A stretch of DNA of 64,000 bases from a bacterium. GTDB lineage: Bacteria > Bacillota > Clostridia > TANB77 > RGIG9151. A program made the position numbers and the translations under genes. Location: contig CAVHFU010000001.1 in assembly GCA_963635575.1 (NCBI GenBank), positions 54,720 through 118,719 on the forward strand. Reading direction: 5' to 3'. Within the stretch, counting starts at the first letter, position 1, and every line of letters starts with the position of its first letter. Shown here piece after piece: positions 28,420 to 37,198 of this stretch. Below the pieces are notes generated by a model. It did no database searches, was not told where the DNA came from, and was given only the letters and a program-made list of their open reading frames with translations.

Positions 28420-30906
28420 CTAAAGTTTCTTTTCAATTTCAATAACAACATCATCTATCATTTCCGGTTCATCTACTATAGTTGTAGCTAGCTTTGAATT
28501 TTCACTGGCAAGTAAGTTTTGCATTTCTTCTCTTTCTTTCTCAATCTGCTTAATGTCTTCCTCGGAATTAATTCCGCTAATAGCATTATTCATCTCGATT
28601 TCACTATCAACAATGCTCTTTGCAACAGGCTTTTCACGCAATGTGCAATCGTTCGGATTATACTGTACATAAGGTTCAAAATCATATTCGCTAATATCGA
28701 ATTTCTTCAAATACTTTTTATCTAAGAAATCAGTTACACCCTTACCGAAAATCTGACTGCCTTTAGCATCTCTAGTTCTGTAAAATAGAGTCTTAAACGG
28801 CAATTCGGTTAAATGGAAAGGCTGTATGTTTTGTGTGAAATCTATACCCATACTTATGTTTTCTTTACTTGCCTCTTCCTTCTCAACGTTTGGTATCGGC
28901 TTGGAAGTTACACTGTTTCCTAAGTTCCAATATTCAAATTTACCAAATGCTGTACTCCAATATTCGCTATCTTCCCTATTTGTATCACCAAATACCAGCG
29001 CTGTTTTACTGTTTGATGTAACTACTTCCTTATAAAACTCCATAGATTTATTTCTCTCGAGTTGAGATAAGTTTTGAATTGCAATTGTCATTCCGCAACG
29101 ATATTTTCTAAATAATGTAAAACATGTTTCTGTTTCCTTATTTACAAAGTCAGGGAATTCATCTATGTACATAAAATGAGGTATTCTTGTATTCTCATCG
29201 CCAGGCCTACGTAGTACCGCATCTTGCATAGTCAAAATATAGAACATACCAAAAGGCTTTGAAAGTAGGGCACCTAATTCACCACGTCTTGTACATACAG
29301 ATACACATCCACCCTCAGCTAGTATTCTATCTAAATCTATATTATTGTCTCTACTACATAATATTCTTCTTACCATCTTGTTTCTCATTAAGTTATCAAG
29401 TTGGGTTGTAGCACCATATAAAAACAATTCTGTTTCTTTTCTGTTACTGCCAATAGACCCCATAACCGGTTTGCCATTTACATCAAGTGGTGGATTGTAA
29501 AAATTCTTTTCAAAGTACTTAATTAAAATTGCATGTCTTTCGCTAAGAATCGGATCAAGTTTCATCTCTTCGCACATATCTTCAACAATATTATAATTAT
29601 ATAAACATTCAAGCATATCTTCTAGCGTAGGAATTTGATTGTCATGCATTCTCGGATACATAACTTTAAGTAAAATAGCCAAGTTCTCTAATGCTTGTTG
29701 TGTAACCTGGCCAAAGAACAAGTTACTCGAATCTGGATTTTCACTCTCATACATTCCCTTTAATACAGTAGAGATTATACTTGCAACCTTAGCAGGGCTT
29801 TTATTTATAAATGGATTTATGCCATAAGAATTAGGGTCAATAGGGTCAATTTTATAAACCATAATTCCCAAATTATCAGCAACAACTCTAAAGTCATCAA
29901 TATAATTTCCATCAGGCTCTAATACAGTTATACCAACATCTCTAAATATAAGTTCCTTAGTAACAGGATCTTCACCCTTTATCATAGGTTTTAATATTTC
30001 CATAAATTCCTTTTCTCTTCCATAAATAGGACGTAAAAAGTTAAGAGAAAAACATTTGTTTAATGTTTCATTATCATATGGTGCATTAACATATGCACAA
30101 CCCGCAGTCAATGCTTTATAAGCTAATTCCTTAGCCTTCTCTCTAAAGAAATATTTCTTCTCCAAATCACTTGCACACATAGGCAAAAGTAATGTAGATG
30201 TTTTACCTGTACCGGTAGCACCTTGAACTAAAACTGTCTCCATACGTCTTGCTTCCGTAATCATAACAGGCTTGCCTGTCTTATAATCTTCACAAACCTT
30301 AACCTCGCAAGTCATTTCTCCGACCAATTCCGGATTTGTCTTTGAAGGAATTAAAGATAATTTTTTAAGTTTACCAACCGGATGCTCATTATCAAACAAA
30401 GCCACAACCGTTGTAGGCGTAACAGCAATAGTACAAACAGGAATGTATAAAGTTGCGTAGGCTAAAGCCTCCTTAAATTTATCTTCACCGAACTCCAATC
30501 CAACTCGTAAAATTTCTCCATTTCTAAAAAAGCTACAAAAATACAAAATAAACTCATTAGACCATTGAGCAAGCATTACAAAGCAAATTACAGCAAGTAA
30601 CGCATATGTAACTACATACATCTTCATTTTATTATTTGTATCTGCTGCATACTTTGAAGAACAAAAATATGCAAAACCGGCAAGTGGAAGTAAAAACGAT
30701 AGTGCATATTCTTCCGAGTACCAAAATAGCGATCTATACAATTCATCAGACGGAAGTCTTATACTTTTTCCGCCTAACGTCACGAGCAATGCAATAAGTC
30801 TATTCAAAATAACTAAAACCGTAGCACCATAAAAAATTTTAGTAAGTATTTCAGGTTTATTAAGTTTTTTCTTTATATCTTCAAACAAGGCTATTCCACC
30901 TTTCAT
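28420..30906 (-). CDS. VirD4/TraG/TrwB-like T4CP family ATPase, membrane-anchored, paralog 2
   Basis: Same motif set (VQGATGTGKTSTLLLP, YIDEFPDF, IAIQNLSQL). Colinear with paralog 1 and with longer acidic/coiled C-terminal tail. 828 aa. Confidence 0.55.
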   Translation of the reverse strand: MKGGIALFEDIKKKLNKPEILTKIFYGATVLVILNRLIALLVTLGGKSIRLPSDELYRSLFWYSEEYALSFLLPLAGFAYFCSSKYAADTNNKMKMYVVTYALLAVICFVMLAQWSNEFILYFCSFFRNGEILRVGLEFGEDKFKEALAYATLYIPVCTIAVTPTTVVALFDNEHPVGKLKKLSLIPSKTNPELVGEMTCEVKVCEDYKTGKPVMITEARRMETVLVQGATGTGKTSTLLLPMCASDLEKKYFFREKAKELAYKALTAGCAYVNAPYDNETLNKCFSLNFLRPIYGREKEFMEILKPMIKGEDPVTKELIFRDVGITVLEPDGNYIDDFRVVADNLGIMVYKIDPIDPNSYGINPFINKSPAKVASIISTVLKGMYESENPDSSNLFFGQVTQQALENLAILLKVMYPRMHDNQIPTLEDMLECLYNYNIVEDMCEEMKLDPILSERHAILIKYFEKNFYNPPLDVNGKPVMGSIGSNRKETELFLYGATTQLDNLMRNKMVRRILCSRDNNIDLDRILAEGGCVSVCTRRGELGALLSKPFGMFYILTMQDAVLRRPGDENTRIPHFMYIDEFPDFVNKETETCFTLFRKYRCGMTIAIQNLSQLERNKSMEFYKEVVTSNSKTALVFGDTNREDSEYWSTAFGKFEYWNLGNSVTSKPIPNVEKEEASKENISMGIDFTQNIQPFHLTELPFKTLFYRTRDAKGSQIFGKGVTDFLDKKYLKKFDISEYDFEPYVQYNPNDCTLREKPVAKSIVDSEIEMNNAISGINSEEDIKQIEKEREEMQNLLASENSKLATTIVDEPEMIDDVVIEIEKKL

Positions 30907-30926
30907 ATCTAATCACATACACTTAA

Positions 30927-30955
30927 ATTATCCTACATTTTGACAATAAAGTCAA
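30927..30955 (-). promoter_or_regulatory. Candidate promoter for the tandem T4CP-like genes, with the -35 element embedded in a palindrome
   Basis: Minus strand TTGACT, 17-nt spacer, GATAAT. The -35 lies inside the 16-bp palindrome TTGACAATAAAGTCAA (plus strand, 30939-30954). Confidence 0.4.
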
Positions 30956-31004
30956 TATAAAGCGAGAATTATGTAAATGTTTTCTATGGTTTACCAATAT
31001 CTTT

Positions 31005-31046
31005 ATCGGAAAAAAGCAACAGATTTTTAACAAAACCTGTTGCTTT
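31005..31046 (-). terminator. Rho-independent terminator after the murD-like gene
   Basis: AAGCAACAG-N14-CTGTTGCTT stem followed on the minus strand by TTTTTTCC, 4 nt after the stop. Confidence 0.55.
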
Positions 31047-31049
31047 AGC

Positions 31050-32312
31050 TTACTTTTTTATCAATTCCTTAAATTTATTGCCTCTCTCTTCAAAATTCTT
31101 AAAATATCCATAACTTGCAGCAGCCGGAGAAAGTAAGCAAACCTTGCCTTTTTCAGTCACTTCTTTAGCACGTTTTACAGCTTCCTCTAAATCATTTACT
31201 AAAATAGCCCTATTCGGGTTCATCTTGCTATAAATTATTTTACCGGTATCATATGCTAATATAATATTTCTAACATCAGAGTTCGTAAGATATGTTGCAA
31301 AATTATCATAATGTATTCCTCTATCTAAGCCACCAATAATCACAGTATCCACTTCTTTTAAGCTTTCAATTGCGTTAATAGTAGCCTCAGGGATTGTAGA
31401 AATCGAATCATTATAATATTTTATTCCATTAAATTTCCCAACAAACTCAAGTCTATGAGCTAGTCCGGAAAAATCTTTTACTGTCTTCCTAATTTCATCC
31501 TCGCTTATTCCTATTTCCATTGCAACTAGCCTTGCAGCCATAATATTCTTTTTATTATGTTCACCTATTAACTTAGTTTCCACATCATATTCATAAGGAA
31601 ATGCTAGTTTTTTCCCCTTCGCATACTTTTCTATATAGTTTTTAACTAGTTCATTTTCCCTGTTGTAAATCACAACATCATTTTCATCTTGGTGCCTAAA
31701 AATATTTACCTTAGCCAATTGATAATCTTCATAAGACTTATAGTGGTCTAAATGTTCTTCAAAAATATTAAGAATAACCGAAATATGTGGAGAAACGGTC
31801 AAATTCTCAAGCTGGTGAGATGACATTTCACACACAAGTAACGTATCATCCTTAATATCTTCTAAGCACGAAAGTGGCGGAACACCAATATTACCAATAA
31901 GTCTAACGTCAATTCCAGCTCTGCTTAAAATATTATAAATTAAAGTCGTTGTAGTGCTTTTACCCTTTGTGCCGGTAATCCCTATAATATTTTTACCATT
32001 AGCCTTCAAAAGCAAATCTGTTTGAGAAGTAACAATAGACTCCTCTCCCTCAATACCAAAAAAAGGTATCCCCGGAGACTTAATAATAACATCATAGCAT
32101 TTTACTGCCTCCAAATAATTATCCCCAAAGTAAACCTTTTCAGGTGCTTTAATCTCATTCTTATCAGCAATTCCAAGAGAAGCATATTTAACATATTTTT
32201 TTATAAATTCGTAAGTAGACTTACCCTCTCTTCCAAATCCTAGAATCAAAATATTCTTTTCATTTAACATTCCGGCAATTTCATTAATAACCCTCATACT
32301 TTTCCCTTCCAT
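31050..32312 (-). CDS. Mur ligase, UDP-N-acetylmuramoylalanine--glutamate ligase (MurD-like). Not in a division/cell wall (dcw) cluster context; candidate MurD2.
   Basis: GITGTKGKSTTTTL P-loop, Mur ligase middle and C-terminal domains, about 420 aa. Neighbours are a PP-loop protein and a transporter rather than mraY/ftsW. Confidence 0.7.
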   Translation of the reverse strand: MEGKSMRVINEIAGMLNEKNILILGFGREGKSTYEFIKKYVKYASLGIADKNEIKAPEKVYFGDNYLEAVKCYDVIIKSPGIPFFGIEGEESIVTSQTDLLLKANGKNIIGITGTKGKSTTTTLIYNILSRAGIDVRLIGNIGVPPLSCLEDIKDDTLLVCEMSSHQLENLTVSPHISVILNIFEEHLDHYKSYEDYQLAKVNIFRHQDENDVVIYNRENELVKNYIEKYAKGKKLAFPYEYDVETKLIGEHNKKNIMAARLVAMEIGISEDEIRKTVKDFSGLAHRLEFVGKFNGIKYYNDSISTIPEATINAIESLKEVDTVIIGGLDRGIHYDNFATYLTNSDVRNIILAYDTGKIIYSKMNPNRAILVNDLEEAVKRAKEVTEKGKVCLLSPAAASYGYFKNFEERGNKFKELIKK

Positions 32313-32316
32313 ATCA

Positions 32317-33549
32317 TTAAAATTCTCTTAAAAGATAAGGCAAATTATCCTTATACTTTTCTTTTAGTAAGCAAACAGCCTCATTAACCTCTGCCCTTGT
32401 ACCAACACATTCAAACGGCTTAGTCTTGTAAACACCCGTAAGTTCCTTATAGTATCTTTCAAGTTCTTTATCATCTAATAAATTATGTCCAAAAATATCA
32501 ATCATTTCTTGTTCTTCCAAAAAAGGTGCTAAAATAATATACACAAACAAGCATTTCGGACATTTACCACACCAGTCATTGCCACCATTTTTACTTCCAA
32601 CATTGCAACTTCTAAAAATCTTGTGATACTTTTTATACTCAGCAAATTTCTTAGCAATATCAATCTCGCGCATACCTCTAAGCAAACTAAAATAATGTAT
32701 ATATGACGTAATATTCCTCTCAACATACTTAACAAAATCAATTTCAAATTCTAATGACTTAGAATATTGATGATTAGCTCCTGTTTCCTCATCTGTACAC
32801 TCATTTGCACTACTTTCATTAGAAAGCACAACAAACTCACGTCCAGACACAAGTGCACAAAATATGCCTAAAAACGCAAGTGATGCCGAAAACGGCGTAT
32901 GTCCGTTTAAATATCCATTCTTATTTAACTCTAATAAAGTAGGATCAATCTTCCTAATAACTTCAACAGAATCAGCCATTGTATAACCGGCAGTAACCAC
33001 AGTATCAACAGTAGCACCACGCGGATTAACAATAAAGCATGTATTATCTGCATTTTGTGCCTTTAGTAATTCAATAGTAACAACAGAATCTTTACCGCCA
33101 CCAATAGGCACTAAGTTGCCGGAAAAATTATCTATCTTGGATTTCTTAAAAGTAAGAACGGTTGCATTTTCAAAATTAACAAACTCATCATACTGAGCTT
33201 TAATATTATTAACAAACCTAAACTCACCAAGTCCGTTAAAGAAAAGCTTTTTCCAAAATTCAATCTGTTCATCACTTAAGTGTCCAGCATTAATAATTAC
33301 TTTTTTAGGACAAGCACACTTATAATAGCTAATAAGTTCAGCCATTCCTAAATTAAACAGAAAAGCGTCTCTATCAACCAAATTATCCATAACAAAAAAA
33401 TGTTTTTTAATAACATTCAACTTATGTACAAATTTAATATCCCCAAGCGAATAAAAGAAATTTATTTCCAAATCATTTTCATTCTCCCTAAAGGAAAAAC
33501 TATCATAAGATATACTTTCATACTTTTCTCTTAATTCCTCAAAATTCAA
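32317..33549 (-). CDS. PP-loop ATP-pyrophosphatase-fold protein. Candidate UDP-MurNAc-L-Ala-L-Glu epimerase (MurL-like).
   Basis: LVPIGGGKDSVV is an SGGxDS PP-loop motif. C-terminal Cys cluster CGKCPKC. Separated by 4 nt from the MurD-like gene on the same strand. Confidence 0.45.
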   Translation of the reverse strand: MNFEELREKYESISYDSFSFRENENDLEINFFYSLGDIKFVHKLNVIKKHFFVMDNLVDRDAFLFNLGMAELISYYKCACPKKVIINAGHLSDEQIEFWKKLFFNGLGEFRFVNNIKAQYDEFVNFENATVLTFKKSKIDNFSGNLVPIGGGKDSVVTIELLKAQNADNTCFIVNPRGATVDTVVTAGYTMADSVEVIRKIDPTLLELNKNGYLNGHTPFSASLAFLGIFCALVSGREFVVLSNESSANECTDEETGANHQYSKSLEFEIDFVKYVERNITSYIHYFSLLRGMREIDIAKKFAEYKKYHKIFRSCNVGSKNGGNDWCGKCPKCLFVYIILAPFLEEQEMIDIFGHNLLDDKELERYYKELTGVYKTKPFECVGTRAEVNEAVCLLKEKYKDNLPYLLREF

Positions 33550-33555
33550 CTATAC

Positions 33556-34578
33556 TCACGCACCTTTTTTAAAAGCTCTTGACTTATTATGCCCAATAAT
33601 TAGCATTGCAATCAAAAAAATTCCGGCAACTCCCATATAAAAATACAATCCGGCAACAAGATTTGAAAAACCAGCCAAACTAAATAAATATGCAACAAAA
33701 CATATAAATCCAAACTTAAAATTATTTTTCTCAACTCTTGCATATACACCGTATAATGCCCCAACCGCAGTACTCAAGACCGCCAGTAAAAACATAAAGC
33801 CATATAGCAATCCATTTGTAGTACCCGCCAAAGTTGCAATAGGAATTTCCACACCTTGTATTTTATCATAATTTACTAAAAGTGCAAGGTAAATAATATA
33901 ACCCAAAATTCCAATTATAACTCCCGACAAAACACAAGTCACTCTTATTTCTCCCCTACTCTTACAAGCATTTCCCAAAGCCGGAAGAATAGAAAAACTC
34001 ATCACCAAATTATAAGAAACGTATATAATCGAAGAAATAATTGCAGCAATAACTCCATCATAATTAACCTCGTTAATAACACTAAACTTAACAATATCAG
34101 AAACATTAATAGAACGAACGGCTACAAAACAAGTAATAATAATCAAAAGAGGAATTTCGATAGAGCTAACCCCCATAATACCACGAATTCCAACAATAGT
34201 CACAAAAAAAGTAAGAATAGCAAAAATAGCCGCACCAACAGGAGCACTAATACCAAGAGTTTGCTCGAAAAATGCGCCACAACCTGAGAACATCGTCCCG
34301 GCAGTCGCAATTAAGAAAAATGCAAACAAAAAATCAACAAACTTTTTAAACTTGCACCTAAACGCATATCCCAGTGCCACCTCATACGAATCAGACTTGC
34401 TTGTATAACCCATAAGCATAAGTCTTTCACCAAAAATAACAAATAAAACAGACATAAGAATAATTCCAATTAAACCATAAACCCCATAATCAACAAAATA
34501 CTGCCTAATTTCCTGACCGGACGTAAAGCCGGCACCAACAACAGCACCAATAAACGTAAAAGCCAACATAAAAAACAC
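33556..34578 (-). CDS. YkvI-family polytopic membrane transporter-like protein
   Basis: GAGFTSGQEI N-terminal motif. 10-12 TM helices. RBS AAGGGG. Confidence 0.5.
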   Translation of the reverse strand: MFFMLAFTFIGAVVGAGFTSGQEIRQYFVDYGVYGLIGIILMSVLFVIFGERLMLMGYTSKSDSYEVALGYAFRCKFKKFVDFLFAFFLIATAGTMFSGCGAFFEQTLGISAPVGAAIFAILTFFVTIVGIRGIMGVSSIEIPLLIIITCFVAVRSINVSDIVKFSVINEVNYDGVIAAIISSIIYVSYNLVMSFSILPALGNACKSRGEIRVTCVLSGVIIGILGYIIYLALLVNYDKIQGVEIPIATLAGTTNGLLYGFMFLLAVLSTAVGALYGVYARVEKNNFKFGFICFVAYLFSLAGFSNLVAGLYFYMGVAGIFLIAMLIIGHNKSRAFKKGA

Positions 34579-34719
34579 CCCTTAAGCAAATATATTTACT
34601 TAAGGAGCGTTTTATTCCAACCAAAAAACCGCTTTGCCCCCATGTCAAACTTCAATCCATGCAATCATCTTCCAATACAGTTTACATGTTTTCTATTTAT
34701 AGGTATCTTATCTTTTAAG

Positions 34720-35238
34720 CTAATCGATATTATTATTTACTGCAAATAAAGCCGCCTTTGTTCTATCAGTAACATTAATCTTCTTAAAAATGTTATTCAA
34801 GTGATTTTTAACCGTTTTTTCGCTTAAATACAACGTTTTAGCAATATCTTTATTAGTAAGTCCATGAGCAAGTAACCCTAAAACCTCTCTTTCCCTATTA
34901 CTAAGGTGTTCCACTTTACTATTACTCATCTCATTCATTATTCCACCTAAAAGTAGCTTAACACCATATATTTCGCCTTTAACAGAAAATCCGGAATACT
35001 TAATTCCAAAATCAGAAGACATTTTTTCATTATCTTTATTTATGTCATTACTTGTTATCTCTATAACCTTATCAACGCCTAGTTCTTTGGCAACTTTTAA
35101 ATTATTCACAATATCCTTCCGGGTACACAAAAAAGCACAATCTTTTCCATTCAACTGTGCTATTTTGTAATTATCTTTAGTTTCGATTTTATCAAAAAAC
35201 TTTTCTAGTTCTGTATCTCCCATAATGGCTAAACTCAC
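34720..35238 (-). CDS. LuxR/GerE-type HTH transcriptional regulator with uncharacterised N-terminal domain
   Basis: C-terminal LSNREREVLGLLAHGLTNKDIAKTLYLSEKTVKNH (LuxR HTH). Confidence 0.6.
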   Translation of the reverse strand: MSLAIMGDTELEKFFDKIETKDNYKIAQLNGKDCAFLCTRKDIVNNLKVAKELGVDKVIEITSNDINKDNEKMSSDFGIKYSGFSVKGEIYGVKLLLGGIMNEMSNSKVEHLSNREREVLGLLAHGLTNKDIAKTLYLSEKTVKNHLNNIFKKINVTDRTKAALFAVNNNID

Positions 35239-35255
35239 TTTTCCTCAGCTCCCGG

Positions 35256-36206
35256 TTATAAATCTTCTGCAAGTAGAGCGTGATTAATTCCCTGTGAAAC
35301 AACATCCGCCACACTGCTAATAATTTCATCTATTTCCTTAGGGGTAACAACCAAATCTCCGACAAACGGCTTAATTACCTCTTTAATCAAATCATACTTC
35401 TCTTCTCCACTCATCGGCTTAATTTTATCATAATCATTAGCAGTTTGTGAAGATGTTTTTTCAATATTTTCTAACATTAATTCAATTGTATCATTCGCCA
35501 TAGTTGCAGCATCCACAACAGTCGGCACACCGATCGCAATAATAGGCACACCAAGAGTATCTTTTGATAGTGCCATTCTCTTATTACCTATACCCGAACC
35601 CGGATTAATTCCCGTATCCGCAATTTGAATTGTAGTACTTATCCTTTCTAGTTTTCTAGACGCCAAAGCATCAATTGCAATAACAAAATCAGGTCTTATC
35701 TTATCAATAACTCCACGGATAACCTCCCCAGTTTCCATGCCTGTTGTACCAAGAACACCGGGAGAAATTGCACTAATCGACCTTACAGGTCTAGACAAGC
35801 ACTCAGGCGCATATTGAAGGATATGTCTCGTAACCTCAATATCCGTAATTACCTTAGGACCTAATGCATCAGGAGTAACATTTTGGTTACCAAGTCCAAC
35901 AATTAAAACAGACTTGTTAATATCCATTCCTATAAGCTTCCTAAGTTCCTTCGCCAAAACTTTATAAATTTTTTCATTAGTATCTGGGTCATTATCCTTA
36001 ATTTTTGGAGCATCCAGCGTAATATAATTGCCAATAGGCTTATCAATATACATTGCCCCTTCCTCAGTTTCAACCTTAACTCGAGTTATCTTAACATCAT
36101 CAATATTCTCTTCCTCAGAAGAAACGCCAGGCATATCAACATTTTGTGCCTTTTTATACGCATCACGTGTTTCAACGGCTAAGTCAGTACGAAAAGAAAA
36201 ATTCAT
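35256..36206 (-). CDS. gpr: Germination protease (spore protease)
   Basis: MNFSFRTDLAVE N-terminus and GPR family body. Start placed at MNF with AAAGGAGG RBS. Confidence 0.8.
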   Translation of the reverse strand: MNFSFRTDLAVETRDAYKKAQNVDMPGVSSEEENIDDVKITRVKVETEEGAMYIDKPIGNYITLDAPKIKDNDPDTNEKIYKVLAKELRKLIGMDINKSVLIVGLGNQNVTPDALGPKVITDIEVTRHILQYAPECLSRPVRSISAISPGVLGTTGMETGEVIRGVIDKIRPDFVIAIDALASRKLERISTTIQIADTGINPGSGIGNKRMALSKDTLGVPIIAIGVPTVVDAATMANDTIELMLENIEKTSSQTANDYDKIKPMSGEEKYDLIKEVIKPFVGDLVVTPKEIDEIISSVADVVSQGINHALLAEDL

Positions 36207-36313
36207 AAACAAAAAACCTCCTTTATGGAGGTTAGTTTGTGCAAAGTTTTTCAATTCAATACAGCCTAGAACCATGGAACAATTTTATCATTTTTTGAAA
36301 AAATTTAGAAATT

Positions 36314-37195
36314 TTAAAGTAAACTCAAATCAAAATCAGGTATAAAACTCTCTTCCGCAGTTCCACCTTCCTGAATAAAAGCATTCTCAATTCCAAGACT
36401 TAACGCAAAATCCACAACATCATCATATTCCTCATCAGTAATCTTTCTATTAATCTCCGGAAACTGAAACACAGTTTTAAGAGGCGTATATTGGTTCATA
36501 ATACTTATAAAAATCTTATCTCTAAATAACTCATATATGTACTCAATAACCTTTTTTGAATCCTCGGTGCATCCCGGCAAAATCAAATGGCGTACAACCA
36601 TTCCGCGCTTAATCATTCCGTTTTCATCAAGTGAAAACTCGCCGACCTGCTTAAACATTTCGCAAATAGCAATAGACGCATTCTCAAAATAATCTAGTGC
36701 ACCGGAATACTTCTTAGCCAAATCATTAGAAAAATACTTAAAATCCGGCAAATATACATCAACATACCCATCTAACATCTTTATAGTTTGAACACTCTCA
36801 TAACCGCTACTGTTATAAACAATAGGAATAGAAAGTCCGTGAGTACGCGCAATCTTTATAGCTTCAATAATCTGTGGCACAAAATGAGTAGGTGTAACCA
36901 AATTTATATTATGTGCTCTTTCGTTTTGAAGCTTCAAAAATATATTGCTAAGCTCCTCAATGCTAACCTCTTTTCCATGATTTTCGTGACTTAACGCATA
37001 ATTTTGACAAAAAACACACTTTAGAGAACAGCCTGTAAAAAATACAGTTCCAGAACCATTCTCACCAGAAATACAAGGTTCTTCCCATTCGTGCAAAGCC
37101 GCCCTAGCAATCCTCACCTTATTACTCTCGCCACAAAAACCAACTTTATTCTCTCTATCCACATTGCAATGCCTCGGGCATAATTCGCAGCTCAT
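36314..37195 (-). CDS. Radical SAM protein (PFL-activase-like fold)
   Basis: CELCPRHCNVDR... plus a CSLKCVFCQN CxxxCxxC cluster. Confidence 0.6.
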   Translation of the reverse strand: MSCELCPRHCNVDRENKVGFCGESNKVRIARAALHEWEEPCISGENGSGTVFFTGCSLKCVFCQNYALSHENHGKEVSIEELSNIFLKLQNERAHNINLVTPTHFVPQIIEAIKIARTHGLSIPIVYNSSGYESVQTIKMLDGYVDVYLPDFKYFSNDLAKKYSGALDYFENASIAICEMFKQVGEFSLDENGMIKRGMVVRHLILPGCTEDSKKVIEYIYELFRDKIFISIMNQYTPLKTVFQFPEINRKITDEEYDDVVDFALSLGIENAFIQEGGTAEESFIPDFDLSLL

Positions 37196-37198
37196 AAT

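Noticed and set aside
31050-32312. Alternative reading of the Mur-ligase-like gene as a CapB or cyanophycin-type ligase because a CapA-like gene lies 7 kb away
   Set aside because: The P-loop and domain order match MurD-type ligases rather than CapB. The capA-like gene is separated by several unrelated operons.
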